A stretch of DNA of 64,000 nucleotides from a virus. The stretch spans positions 16,051 to 80,050 of IMG/VR virus record IMGVR_UViG_3300025122_005335; one strand, written 5' to 3'. Below, piece by piece: positions 38,395-48,336 of the stretch (its first letter is position 1; each line of letters begins with the position of its first letter). The notes beneath the pieces are model-generated. The model ran no database searches and was not told the DNA's origin. It worked only from the letters and a program-made list of their open reading frames with translations. Position numbers and translations under genes: made by a program.

Positions 38395-39831
38395 TCATTC
38401 GTATAAATCTTTTATTTTTACACATATGTTTTCTTGTGTATATAAATCTATTCTTTTATCGGAATGAACTTCACCATACCGCAACTGGTCTGCAATATCA
38501 ACTATAGTTAATTTGTTTTTGCTTTCGTGCAAACGAAGTCCACGACCGATCGACTGTAAGATTTTAATTTTAGCTTTACCGCCACTAGCAAAAACAATGT
38601 AATGTAAATTATTGATACTGATACCAGTAGAGAAAATCCTGCTAATAGCAATACAAATAATATTATCATCCCGCTCAATAAGTTTTTTAACTTTATCACG
38701 CTCTTCAACATCTACTTCTCCTCTTATAAAATATATTTTTTTTTCTTTATCGTTATTACTTAGTTCTTTGTAAAGTGCTTCTCCATGTCTTATATAATCT
38801 ACTAAAATTAGAGAATTGTTTTTTACGCCTGTTGTAAGTTTTTTTATTATATTATTTCGAAATACGTTTTCGAAAAGAAATTCAAATTCTTGTCTATATC
38901 TTTCACCTGGGTCTGATATATCGATAGAATACTTGGGTCGTTGTTTGTAATGTAATCTCACTACTTGTGCAACAGCATTAGTAACAAAATTTTCTATACG
39001 AAGTTCATAACTCTTTTTTTGGTATATAACTGGACCAATTTTACCTATTATGTTCCACTGATCTGAATTATTATCTGGTAACGTTCCTGTAAATCCAAAC
39101 TTATTTTCTGTTCTTATATTTTTTATAATTTTGTTTACTTTATTTGACCTTCTTACTTTATGACACTCATCAATTACTAATATATCTACGTGTTCTACCC
39201 AGTCTAAATTTGTTTTTTCGCTTTGTAAAATACCTAAATTAGCAATAATAACATTATTTGTTAGATCAACGGGTGAGTTACCGGTCCATTTACCGACTGA
39301 AAATGAAACATTATACTTTTTAAAATCATTGAACGTTTGATTTACTAATCCTAAATCGGGAACTATAACTAAAACTTTCCACGTGTCTTTATTCACTTCT
39401 TGGTAGATTCTTTCCAGCATACTAGCCATGGCTAATGTCTTACCACCAGCAGTTGCTAACATAACAACACCTCTTCCTTTATCTAAACACTCATTTACAA
39501 TTTCTTTTTGATAATCTCTTAATTGTAAAGAAAGTTTACCATTACCACCATGAAGTATTTGAGGTTTAATAATTTCTTTAATACTATTTTCTAGATGTAT
39601 TTTATCTGAAGGAAATTCTTTTTTAATAAATTGAATTATATTAGCTGTAAGACCAACTTCATATTTACCCGCGGGGGTTATAACATAAGTTCTTGCAGGC
39701 ATATATCTACCATACCTTCTAGCAAATCTAGCACCCTCATTTTCAAAAGAGAAATGTTCTCTTATTATGTTAAGGTTATCTGTTTTTAGAAAAGCTTGAC
39801 GTTTTCTTTTATCGTAGTGAAATACTACCAT
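38395..39831 (-). CDS. uvsW: SF2 DNA helicase
   Basis: LRDYQ, ATAGGKT, IDECH, GFTGT, FSTGISI, QSIGRGLR. Confidence 0.95.
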   Translation of the reverse strand: MVVFHYDKRKRQAFLKTDNLNIIREHFSFENEGARFARRYGRYMPARTYVITPAGKYEVGLTANIIQFIKKEFPSDKIHLENSIKEIIKPQILHGGNGKLSLQLRDYQKEIVNECLDKGRGVVMLATAGGKTLAMASMLERIYQEVNKDTWKVLVIVPDLGLVNQTFNDFKKYNVSFSVGKWTGNSPVDLTNNVIIANLGILQSEKTNLDWVEHVDILVIDECHKVRRSNKVNKIIKNIRTENKFGFTGTLPDNNSDQWNIIGKIGPVIYQKKSYELRIENFVTNAVAQVVRLHYKQRPKYSIDISDPGERYRQEFEFLFENVFRNNIIKKLTTGVKNNSLILVDYIRHGEALYKELSNNDKEKKIYFIRGEVDVEERDKVKKLIERDDNIICIAISRIFSTGISINNLHYIVFASGGKAKIKILQSIGRGLRLHESKNKLTIVDIADQLRYGEVHSDKRIDLYTQENICVKIKDLYE

Positions 39832-39838
39832 TACATTG

Positions 39839-39866
39839 ATTGTAAAATATTTACCGTGTTTTTCAA
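39839..39866 (-). promoter_or_regulatory. early promoter TTGAAA-N16-TACAAT (TAAATA embedded in the spacer)
   Basis: 7 nt upstream of the uvsW ATG. Confidence 0.7.
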
Positions 39867-39877
39867 GATAAATATTT

Positions 39878-39910
39878 AAAAAAATACCCCCGTCTACGAA
39901 TAGACGGGGT
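39878..39910 (-). terminator. intrinsic terminator
   Basis: ccccgtcta-ttcg-tagacgggg hairpin then a T run on the minus strand. Confidence 0.85.
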
Positions 39911-39936
39911 GTTTTAGAATTGTTAGAAGATTATAA

Positions 39937-40227
39937 TTATTTAACTTCCCAACTCAATCCATTTGTCCATTTAAGAACGTGATTAAGTATCCACGCATAA
40001 ACCCAGCCACCTAACCACCCAGCAATACCAAATCCGACAATACTCGGTATAGTACTTGTAACAGTCTCTCCTATTGTATGTACGGCTCCATCGACGTCAC
40101 CTAATGTACCAGCAGCAAGCAATGCTAACACTGGTAAAACAATGACCTTTACAGCTCCGGTGAATGCGCCCAGCAAACCGACTACATTTGCTACGGACAG
40201 CACTCCAACTTTAGTTAATTTCTTCAT
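39937..40227 (-). CDS. small inner-membrane protein (DUF3566-like), late
   Basis: two hydrophobic segments; KVGVLS...YAWILN...GLSWEV; TAAATA 40235-40240. Confidence 0.65.
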   Translation of the reverse strand: MKKLTKVGVLSVANVVGLLGAFTGAVKVIVLPVLALLAAGTLGDVDGAVHTIGETVTSTIPSIVGFGIAGWLGGWVYAWILNHVLKWTNGLSWEVK

Positions 40228-40256
40228 TACCGTTTATTTAAGCGAAACCCCTTCAT

Positions 40257-40499
40257 TTATTTGCTATACCCACCACGTATTTTCTTTAATTCCTTATGGA
40301 TTTCGAAAATAACCAACAGTAATTCAGCGTAAATGCGACAAACAATAGGACCACCTATAGCAATAGCTAACCCCTCGAGTAAACCAGCAGTAAAGGCTGT
40401 AAATAACCCAACAATAATAGCAACAACGGCCCCAATATAAGAGATTATCTTTAAGATCCCGGGAGTGATCATGTATTCGTAATTTAAGAATGCTTTCAT
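40257..40499 (-). CDS. small two-TM membrane protein (DUF4282-like), late
   Basis: FLNYEYMITPGILKIISYIG...GPIVCRIYAELLLVIFEI; TAAATA 40506-40511. Confidence 0.75.
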   Translation of the reverse strand: MKAFLNYEYMITPGILKIISYIGAVVAIIVGLFTAFTAGLLEGLAIAIGGPIVCRIYAELLLVIFEIHKELKKIRGGYSK

Positions 40500-40567
40500 G
40501 AAAATTATTTATTGATATGCTCCAAAAATTTATATTAATAATAAGGCTCTTGGGAGACTCCCAGTAA

Positions 40568-41392
40568 TTATTCAGGTAACTCTTCTTTGGACAAATTACC
40601 ACCAAATTGTTCATATTCTGGTGTGGTAATATCGATATTGTCTTTTGCTAACATTTTTTTAAAATAATCAATGTATAATCTATCAAATAACCCCCATCTC
40701 ACAAGTTCTACGTATTGAATTAACGGTGAATCAGTTTGATCTTCTTCTCTAGTTAAAAATGTACCACCTTTACCTTGTCTACAAGCAACGTAATTCCATT
40801 TTTTAGAATATTTCCTTAAGTCTTCATCTGTTTCTAATACCCACCCAGAAAAATCACCCTCTTTACTCTTTAAAAGTTCGATAAATCTATCTTTATTCCA
40901 TATTGCTGCTTGAAGAGAGTTCCGATATTCGTTATTATTAGATATTCTCCCAAAATTTGTATTATTAATAGGGCCTTCGGAGACTCCCAATAATGGTAAG
41001 TCAGGCCCTGGCATTGATACACAACGCATTTTTGTTATATCGTTCCTTTCCATGTAGTTTAGTGCATGGTAAAAGTTATTTGATTCTACAGGATTAACTA
41101 TTATTTGGTCTTCCACCATGAATAACACATATTTTGTTGTAATTTTCTTTAACCCTTCTAAGACCATGGGCTTAAAATGGGTGGCATTTTCATCCCATTC
41201 AACGTTTGTAACAACGCAGTTTACGTTTTTGCTTTTAAAGTTTTGCTTGTTGCTTATTGTATACACTTCATATGGGCATTTCCAATTTTTCTTGTGGTAA
41301 AAGTCCCATATCTTAAGAATAGGTTGGTAAGTATCAGAACTTAATACTAAAATAGAACAATCAAAGTTGGGTTTCATATAAGCATAGTTCAT
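40568..41392 (-). CDS. GT-A fold glycosyltransferase-like protein
   Basis: ILVLSSDTY, YVLFMVEDQ, SLQAAIWNK. Confidence 0.65.
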   Translation of the reverse strand: MNYAYMKPNFDCSILVLSSDTYQPILKIWDFYHKKNWKCPYEVYTISNKQNFKSKNVNCVVTNVEWDENATHFKPMVLEGLKKITTKYVLFMVEDQIIVNPVESNNFYHALNYMERNDITKMRCVSMPGPDLPLLGVSEGPINNTNFGRISNNNEYRNSLQAAIWNKDRFIELLKSKEGDFSGWVLETDEDLRKYSKKWNYVACRQGKGGTFLTREEDQTDSPLIQYVELVRWGLFDRLYIDYFKKMLAKDNIDITTPEYEQFGGNLSKEELPE

Positions 41393-42092
41393 CTAGGCTT
41401 CCTACAACATGTTGTTTTTCATGTTGTTTAAATTTATAGTCATATATTATATATTGTCTATCTAACAAATCATTATACGTTAAAGATACATATATTTCAT
41501 CTTCACCCACACTATTTGGCCATGTATATCCTTTTTTTCTTGCATTAATGAAAGAACTAAAAAATAAATCGGGTGATTTCCAATAATGTGTACCGATGAG
41601 ACCGTGGTTTGATATAACTTGCTTTTCTGTAAAGTTGGTTGCAATAGATTGTTGGGTGGTTGCAATGTAACTATAGTGTGGATCACATGTGTTGACTGTT
41701 ATAACTGCTCCATCCGGGTCTTTTTCTTTTAAAAATTTTAAAAATCTTTCGGGTTCCCAATCTAATATTTGGTCTACGTTTGTTTGTAGTAGTGGTTTTG
41801 AATCATCTATAAATCCTTTTATTTTATATAGTGTTTCTGCAGGGCCACTAGTTACTTCATCTATAATTTGTATTTTAGCATCGGGACAAAAGTCAGTTAT
41901 ATGGTTATATGCACCGTATTTTTCTTCGTGTTCCTTTAATACAATAAAATAATACGTTCCTGGTAACCCAATACTTTCGTAAGCTCTTTGGACCATTGAT
42001 TTACCTTGTATATCTATAAAAGGTTTGGGGGTATCGATTCCTACTTCTTTAAAAGCTGAACTTTTACCAGCCATAGGTATAACAATGTTCAT
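41361..42092 (-). CDS. sugar-phosphate nucleotidyltransferase (GT-A fold)
   Basis: MNIVIPMAG, PKPFIDI.GKSM, GPAET, NVDQ, EIYVSLTYN; start reassigned to ATG 42092. Confidence 0.8.
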   Translation of the reverse strand: MNIVIPMAGKSSAFKEVGIDTPKPFIDIQGKSMVQRAYESIGLPGTYYFIVLKEHEEKYGAYNHITDFCPDAKIQIIDEVTSGPAETLYKIKGFIDDSKPLLQTNVDQILDWEPERFLKFLKEKDPDGAVITVNTCDPHYSYIATTQQSIATNFTEKQVISNHGLIGTHYWKSPDLFFSSFINARKKGYTWPNSVGEDEIYVSLTYNDLLDRQYIIYDYKFKQHEKQHVVGSLDELCLYETQL

Positions 42093-42093
42093 T

Positions 42094-42576
42094 TTATGAT
42101 TTAATAGTGTTTTTAATATATTCAAATAGGTGAGCTGCAACACCACCACCACCGTTTACAGGTAAGACACAAGAAATTTTTTGTATTTCGGATATCGCAT
42201 CTTTAGGACAAAAAGCATAACCAACTTCTTTCATAATATCTAAGTCTTGTATATCATCTCCTACAAAAGCCACGTCTTGTTTAGGTGTATTATACTCAAA
42301 ACATATGTCATTGAGTTTGGTTACTTTGTTTTCACCGTTTCTGTGTACAACATTAAGCATTTCAAATTTCCTTCTTTTAGCAAATCCTGGATTTATGTCT
42401 AAACTTCCTGTAAACAAGGCTACTTTAATTGAAAGTTCATTATAAAAGCGTCTTAATGCTGTAATATCTTTTTGATTATATCTTTTCCACAGTACTTCTC
42501 CTTCTTGGTTATATGCTGCGGTACCATCTGTTAATACCCCATCAATATCAAATAAAATTAGTCTTAAGTCGTTCAT
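42094..42576 (-). CDS. kdsC: HAD phosphatase, KdsC/YrbI family
   Basis: FDIDGVLTDG, FVGDDIQDL, CPKDA, GGGG. Confidence 0.85.
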   Translation of the reverse strand: MNDLRLILFDIDGVLTDGTAAYNQEGEVLWKRYNQKDITALRRFYNELSIKVALFTGSLDINPGFAKRRKFEMLNVVHRNGENKVTKLNDICFEYNTPKQDVAFVGDDIQDLDIMKEVGYAFCPKDAISEIQKISCVLPVNGGGGVAAHLFEYIKNTIKS

Positions 42577-42971
42577 TGAGTTTCTAATTTTTGTATTTCA
42601 ATAATATTTCTAATATCAAAACCAATTGAACTCAAAATTCTTTCTACTCTTTCAAGATAATCAATTAAAAGCAGGTTTTCTTCAATTTCTGAATTGATAT
42701 TTTTTATAAAATCGGAATTTTCAGCAACCTTTTCGGCTGCTGGTGTTGAAAGCCTAACATTACTTTGTTCTTGTATTTTTTTTGTAACTTCAACTAACCT
42801 ATCCTTCTTTTTCTTTCTTAAAATATTGACTTCATGTTTATGTCTCATTAATCTTCCAACCCATATGTGTCTTCTACCAGGTAATTGTAATTGAACGTCT
42901 TTCAAGTTAAATTCATCAATAGATAAATGTTCAACAAGTTCTTTTGAATAGGTTTCTAATATATCAGACAT
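42573..42971 (-). CDS. uvsY: recombination mediator
   Basis: LSIDEFNL, helical body, C-terminal GFDIRNIIEIQKLE. Confidence 0.8.
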   Translation of the reverse strand: MSDILETYSKELVEHLSIDEFNLKDVQLQLPGRRHIWVGRLMRHKHEVNILRKKKKDRLVEVTKKIQEQSNVRLSTPAAEKVAENSDFIKNINSEIEENLLLIDYLERVERILSSIGFDIRNIIEIQKLETQ

Positions 42972-43002
42972 TTAATTAAATATTATCACATATTTACAAT
43001 AG

Positions 43003-43563
43003 ATGTCAATATATAAAAACGCATTTTTAAAGGCTTTGTTACTAGATGATGGTAATGTGGCTGGTTCTGGTGGTGCTTTAGGTGATTGGACACAATCTCA
43101 CTTTTCTGGAGACTTTTATGCCCCGGGTGATGCTAGAAGGCCTTTTGGTATGGGTGCAATGCAAAGAAGGGCCGGTACTAGTAAGAAGAAAAAAAAGAAA
43201 AAGAAAAAGAAGGGTAAGAAGAAAAAGTCTACAATAAAAGAATATAGAAATATTGAACCTACGGGTGATGGAGGGCAACCTCAGATTAGCCCCGAAACAC
43301 AGGAATTACTTACTATAGTAAAAGAAACTAGGACCTCTGCAGAATTTGGTCTAGCAGAATATAAAGTAGCAGAAATTTGGAACGGGTGGGGTGACGAACT
43401 TCAAAAAAAAATTAAACGTGAAATACATGCAATTAATGGACCACATATGGGAACTTCAGAGGAAGACATTCTTTTATTGCTTATACGTCTAGCTGAAAAA
43501 AAATCAGAAGATGATGAAGGGGATATTGATCCAAACGGTGGTTGGGGTGGTTTGTCCATATAA
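43003..43563 (+). CDS. hypothetical protein with poly-lysine tract
   Basis: YAPGDARRP motif then K10-G-K4; acidic C-terminus. Confidence 0.65.
   Translation: MSIYKNAFLKALLLDDGNVAGSGGALGDWTQSHFSGDFYAPGDARRPFGMGAMQRRAGTSKKKKKKKKKKGKKKKSTIKEYRNIEPTGDGGQPQISPETQELLTIVKETRTSAEFGLAEYKVAEIWNGWGDELQKKIKREIHAINGPHMGTSEEDILLLLIRLAEKKSEDDEGDIDPNGGWGGLSI
43183..43227 (+). repeat. purine-rich low-complexity tract encoding KKKKKKKKKKGKKKK
   Basis: mixed AAA/AAG codons. Confidence 0.9.
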
Positions 43564-43577
43564 ATTAATTAAATTTT

Positions 43578-43991
43578 TTGGTGGATAACTACGGTCACTG
43601 GACTTATAATCTCGAAGAGAAAGAGATACCCGACACCTTCTACGGTTTTATTTACCAGATAACGAATACAACTAACGACAGGAAATATATTGGTAAAAAA
43701 CAATCAACTACAATTCTAAAACGACCACCTCTTAAGGGTAGAAAAAACAAAAGGCATGTGGTTAAGGAAACAGATTGGAAAATATATACTGGTTCATCAG
43801 ATAAGTTAAATGAAGACATTCAAAAGTTAGGTAAAGACAAGTTTAAGTTTGAAATACTGAGATTCTGTCAAAGTAAAAGTGAACTTGCGTATTATGAAGC
43901 AAAAATGCAATTTGATAAAGATGTCTTATTAAAAGAAGATTATTACAACGGTATTATTAACTTAAGATTGGGTAAAATAAAAAAAACTTGA
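43578..43991 (+). CDS. GIY-YIG endonuclease, catalytic domain only
   Basis: GFIYQITNTTNDRKYIGKK, FKFEIL, E, YYN. Confidence 0.88.
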   Translation: MVDNYGHWTYNLEEKEIPDTFYGFIYQITNTTNDRKYIGKKQSTTILKRPPLKGRKNKRHVVKETDWKIYTGSSDKLNEDIQKLGKDKFKFEILRFCQSKSELAYYEAKMQFDKDVLLKEDYYNGIINLRLGKIKKT

Positions 43992-44021
43992 TTTCATACG
44001 TAACTATTTTAATATGACTTT

Positions 44022-44591
44022 GTGAGACTTAGCTTACCAGAATACAATATTGTATTAATTGACTTCCAAGACATACATAAAAAATATGAAAAGGATTTAT
44101 TGGATGATATTCACAATTATCAATTGATGGACAGCTTGGTAGAGTCTCAATTTATTAATAAAGACATAAAAAAGTTGTTATTTCATCATACCATAAAGAA
44201 TTGCGTAGAATATATTAATAAAGTTAATTCAAAGAATAAGGTGGTATTATACTTTAACAATACTCAGTTTTATGAAAGCGAAATTTTAAAATATATCGAT
44301 GAAAGAGATTATTTAAAACTAATTACAAACCTATTACTTAAAATACGTAATTTATTACCAATAAAAACAGTAATTTCACATAGAAGTTTGATGTTCTTCA
44401 AAGAGTTAATAAAAAAAGATGATGGAAGAGCAAAAGGAACCGTATTAAAAATATATTCTACGTTGCAAAAATTTAAAATAGAGAATTTTACATTTGCCAG
44501 GGTTAAGAAGTTTGCTAAAAAATATGATTTGACCTTTTTATCGAACGAATATTTTAATAATATTAAAACTAAGCAGCTTCTTTTTAAATGA
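44022..44591 (+). CDS. hypothetical protein, possibly a degenerate PIN/FEN-like domain
   Basis: IVLIDF N-terminal strand and KVVLYF resemble the RNase H N-terminus; catalytic acids mostly absent. Confidence 0.45.
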   Translation: MRLSLPEYNIVLIDFQDIHKKYEKDLLDDIHNYQLMDSLVESQFINKDIKKLLFHHTIKNCVEYINKVNSKNKVVLYFNNTQFYESEILKYIDERDYLKLITNLLLKIRNLLPIKTVISHRSLMFFKELIKKDDGRAKGTVLKIYSTLQKFKIENFTFARVKKFAKKYDLTFLSNEYFNNIKTKQLLFK

Positions 44592-44608
44592 TAGAATAAA
44601 TATAAGAA

Positions 44609-45028
44609 ATGAAATTTGATCGTGCTATAGCCGAAGGGTTTTCTACATACGTAAAAGAGGATAAAGATCGAAAAGGAACCATTTCATTAAAAGATGCTGA
44701 AGAAATTAAAGACTTAGCATATGCAATATTGGGTCTTAAAGATGAATTAGGTTCTGACTATAGAGATCTAACATCAAAAGCAGCTAGAGTTTTGGTTCCT
44801 ATTGAAATGATGCTAAGATATTCAGGTGAAGAAGATGAAGAGCTGACATCTCCTGGTGGTGATACAGATAAACAAGAGCAACAAGATTTCGAATCGGTGA
44901 ATCCGGATGAATTGGCGTCTAAGTTAGCTGAAACTGATCCAGACGTTCAACAAGCAATGGATAATCAAAAGAAGGCGGTTATAGATAATATTGATCAACA
45001 TACAGCTGAAATAAAAAAGGGATTCTAA
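44609..45028 (+). CDS. hypothetical acidic late protein
   Basis: TAAATA 44597-44602; N-terminus MKFDRAIAE; EEDEE linker. Confidence 0.6.
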   Translation: MKFDRAIAEGFSTYVKEDKDRKGTISLKDAEEIKDLAYAILGLKDELGSDYRDLTSKAARVLVPIEMMLRYSGEEDEELTSPGGDTDKQEQQDFESVNPDELASKLAETDPDVQQAMDNQKKAVIDNIDQHTAEIKKGF

Positions 45029-45030
45029 TA

Positions 45031-45405
45031 ATGAAGATACATAGTAAATTTTTCACATTAATAAAAAAGAAACGCGAAGTTTTAAAAGAGCAAATGCCAA
45101 TGGCACCCCCACCTGCTGCACCTGCTGCGCCCCCCGCACCTGCAGCTCCTGGTACAGAAACCGTAACTGATACAGAAACTGTTGATATTCAAGAACCGGA
45201 ACCCGAATTTAAAGAATTAACACCTGAAGGTGAAGTAGAGTTAATTAGATTAATTAGAAAAGCATTAGTATTAGAGCCTACTGAAGGTACAATTCCCCCT
45301 AAAATTCTAGATGAAGAAATCAATGAAAATAATGGCCGGGTAATGTTAGCAAGAATGAAAGAATTTTTAAATACATATTCTGATGATCCCGATATTAACT
45401 ACTAA
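45031..45405 (+). CDS. hypothetical proline-rich late protein
   Basis: N-terminal ...VLKEQ then PPPAAPAAPPAPAAP. Confidence 0.6.
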   Translation: MKIHSKFFTLIKKKREVLKEQMPMAPPPAAPAAPPAPAAPGTETVTDTETVDIQEPEPEFKELTPEGEVELIRLIRKALVLEPTEGTIPPKILDEEINENNGRVMLARMKEFLNTYSDDPDINY

Positions 45406-46937
45406 TGAAAAAAAACAAGAAAAAGTTTAAAACATTAACTGAATTATATGGTCAGATAAATCAAAAGTTGCCGCCTCTACGGAGACAAGCTATTTTGATG
45501 AATGAATGGACAATAACAGCTTCTGACGAGGTAGGTGGGGTGGTTGATTTAGGGGATGTTGATGAAAAATTTTACAACCGGTTAAGAAAAGATATAATAA
45601 ACCATCGTGGTGGTGCAAAAGATCTTATAGATAAACTAGTTGCTGGTGGTAACTGGGCTTCAGGCATGCCTAATCGTGAATACCAATCTAAAATTCTTTT
45701 ACCGGTACATGAACTTTGCACCGGTAAAGACGATCTAGTTCAAGAGGTTGATATTGATGGTTTAAAAAATCTAATAAAGGATAAAAAATCCTTAACTGGG
45801 TTTCGTGATGATTTAATAGAAGCAATTGATAAAAATACGGCTTTTAATTTTAATAGTTCTTTAGAAGAAGCTGCTAGAACAGCATTTATAGGTGATGTGC
45901 CCGGATTAGTATCTGAATTATTTGCATTAGATTATCAACAGTCAGGTGTTTCTGTAGGGAAGGGGGAATTAGTAGCTACATTATTTTCTAATGCTGTAAA
46001 AGGAAAAAGTGGTGATTTATATATTGATGGCTTAGGTGATGTTGAGGTAAAAGGTACTAAAGGTCGTCCCGGTAAGACGGGTGGTACAGCACACAGTGCT
46101 ATGAAAGAGTTACCACGAATGCTTAAAGATAGAGGGCATGATGTATTTACTGGGAAAGAAAAACAAAAATATCTTGTTAATCTTACTAGTGCTATAAATG
46201 AATTGCGATCATATATTAAAATTCAAATAGAAAAAAACGAAGCTGAAGTGGGTAATAATCTTATAGAATTGGCAAACTATATCAAGGAGTTTACCGCCCC
46301 AGAAAATCTAGAAAACATAACATATGAAGAGTTATTTAATGGATTTAAACTTAATGCAGCAAGCAGTTTAAATTCTTCTGGGCTTACAGGCCAACAACTA
46401 AAAGCTTCACATAATAAACTAGGAAAGTTAACTAAGGCATATCAAGATTATATAAGATCAAGAGAAACAATATTAACACCTGACCAAGAATCTTATTCAT
46501 GGGGCGACATAGTTAAACAATATTTCCTCAGCGATTGGGGATTATCAAAAGATGCCTTGATTGATGGTTTTGTTGTTTTAGCTAATGAAAAAGAAGAATC
46601 TTTTAATGTAGGAGAATTAAGAGAAGCTTTAGATGTAATTTTAGATAAAGATACTCGAAAGGGTTTATTAGGACCAGCTGGTAAAAAAATTCTTTCAGCT
46701 ATTATTGGTACTATTCATTCTGTATTATATCAGAACTACGAAGATTTTAAAGTTATGTTATTGGTAAATTCTACTACACACCAAGCACTACCGTTAACTT
46801 ATGAAGGGGATAACTTAACAGAAAGAATGATTAATCATTATGATACAATTTCATCTTTAGTAGATGGTAATCGATTGAGAATTACATTATCTTTAGACTC
46901 CAGAAATAAAGGTTTAAGCTTTGAATTTATTGAGTGA
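45405..46937 (+). CDS. putative PD-(D/E)xK nuclease-domain protein
   Basis: VGKGELVATLF...SGDLYIDGLGDVEVKG = E...GD...EVK catalytic arrangement. Confidence 0.62.
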   Translation: MKKNKKKFKTLTELYGQINQKLPPLRRQAILMNEWTITASDEVGGVVDLGDVDEKFYNRLRKDIINHRGGAKDLIDKLVAGGNWASGMPNREYQSKILLPVHELCTGKDDLVQEVDIDGLKNLIKDKKSLTGFRDDLIEAIDKNTAFNFNSSLEEAARTAFIGDVPGLVSELFALDYQQSGVSVGKGELVATLFSNAVKGKSGDLYIDGLGDVEVKGTKGRPGKTGGTAHSAMKELPRMLKDRGHDVFTGKEKQKYLVNLTSAINELRSYIKIQIEKNEAEVGNNLIELANYIKEFTAPENLENITYEELFNGFKLNAASSLNSSGLTGQQLKASHNKLGKLTKAYQDYIRSRETILTPDQESYSWGDIVKQYFLSDWGLSKDALIDGFVVLANEKEESFNVGELREALDVILDKDTRKGLLGPAGKKILSAIIGTIHSVLYQNYEDFKVMLLVNSTTHQALPLTYEGDNLTERMINHYDTISSLVDGNRLRITLSLDSRNKGLSFEFIE

Positions 46938-48328
46938 TGAAATTTGAACACGAATTAATATTTGAAAAATATACTAATAGGGTATTAGTTAATGAAGGTG
47001 GTGCTGCCGGCCACATGTTACACCCTTTTGACTTACCTGATGTAACTTCAGGTGATACGTTGATAGACAAATTTAAAGAAACTGTTCGTATTTTAGATGA
47101 TGTCGGTGGTTCAATAAAAATAGATGGTACTAACGTAAGCTTTAAATTAGTAACGGGGGACAATGGCGTTAAACAATTTGCTTTAGACAGAGGTTCCATG
47201 TCCGAGTTAGATGTAAATGGTGTAACAATAGAAAAGTTACCAGAGCGTTTTCTCCCTCAAGGTGGTACACCACATGGCATGGTTGCTGCAGGTAGAACGT
47301 TGTTAACTATTATGAACCAGTCATTACCGTATATAAGTGATGAATTAAGAAAGTTAGGATTATGGGAAGACCCTACAAAGTTTATTAATGCTGAATTTGT
47401 ACAAGGCACTACTAATGTAGTTGAGTATGATAAAGACTTTTTAGCATTTCATGGTATAAATCAATTTTTAGAAAAACACAATCGTCAAGGGGAATTAGTT
47501 CGTCCTGGTTTGGAAAGGGAACAAATTGTAGACCCTGTTACAGGTCAAGTAAAATTAGAAAAGGGGGGCTCTAAAGCTGTACCTTATAGTCAAGAAGCTT
47601 TAGATCAATTAGCTGAGCAAGTTAAACCAATAGCAAAAAATTATAATTTTGAGATTCTTACAAAAGCAACAGTAAAGAAAAAAGGTCACCCCAACTTTAA
47701 TACCCCTTTAAGTCAAAACGTATCAATAAAAATTTCGGATAAAGAAGAAGAAACCGACCCTACAACAGGCGAAACAAGAATAATAACGAATGAAGAAGTT
47801 ATAACCCAGCCTTTAAGAAAGTGGTTAGATAGTGCTGTTAACCCTAGAGATTATATGCTTACTACTACAAGTGGTAGAAAAGAAAGAGCAGTAGGTAAGA
47901 CAAATTATTTAGATGTTATTGATAGTGTTACGACCGGTAAACCACTAAACAAGATGTATATAGAACAAGATATAGAACCAGCAATAAATGGTGCTATGAT
48001 TTATCATGCAACTAAGGAACTAGGAAATGAACTATTAAACCACTACACTTCTGTTTTAGGTGATGCAAGTGCGCATGAAGGCATTGTTGTACCCACCAAC
48101 CCACCTTATAAAATTACTGGTGAATTTATCATACAAGGTATGCAAAGCAAATTTAGACAAGCTGCGCAAGCTGATGAAGACGACCAATCAGCACCTGGGA
48201 TAAATTTTGGTAAAGGTTATCAAAATGTAAATGCACAGTCTGCAAATTATGCAGCAAGTAATAAAGACCCTGGTGGTACCCCATACACACGGTATCCTGG
48301 GCCTGGTAAAGGCGTTTATCTTCAATAA
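46934..48328 (+). CDS. ATP-dependent ligase-fold nucleotidyltransferase (DUF6267-like)
   Basis: EGGAAGHMLHPFD; motif I SIKIDGTN, III NAEFV, IIIa FLAFHG, IV HEGIVV, V YKITG. Confidence 0.7.
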   Translation: MMKFEHELIFEKYTNRVLVNEGGAAGHMLHPFDLPDVTSGDTLIDKFKETVRILDDVGGSIKIDGTNVSFKLVTGDNGVKQFALDRGSMSELDVNGVTIEKLPERFLPQGGTPHGMVAAGRTLLTIMNQSLPYISDELRKLGLWEDPTKFINAEFVQGTTNVVEYDKDFLAFHGINQFLEKHNRQGELVRPGLEREQIVDPVTGQVKLEKGGSKAVPYSQEALDQLAEQVKPIAKNYNFEILTKATVKKKGHPNFNTPLSQNVSIKISDKEEETDPTTGETRIITNEEVITQPLRKWLDSAVNPRDYMLTTTSGRKERAVGKTNYLDVIDSVTTGKPLNKMYIEQDIEPAINGAMIYHATKELGNELLNHYTSVLGDASAHEGIVVPTNPPYKITGEFIIQGMQSKFRQAAQADEDDQSAPGINFGKGYQNVNAQSANYAASNKDPGGTPYTRYPGPGKGVYLQ

Positions 48329-48336
48329 TTAATAAT

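Noticed and set aside
112-39831. Inteins or introns in terminase, helicases, polymerase or recombinase
   Set aside because: All have normal length and contiguous motifs, with no C...HN splice junctions noticed.
43186-43200. A AAA AAG slippery heptamer in the poly-Lys tract
   Set aside because: Expected by chance in lysine codons; the zero frame continues as a plausible protein and no stimulatory structure was evident.
43578-43991. GIY-YIG gene as a homing endonuclease or intron ORF
   Set aside because: Catalytic domain only, no interrupted host gene and no flanking intron structure seen.
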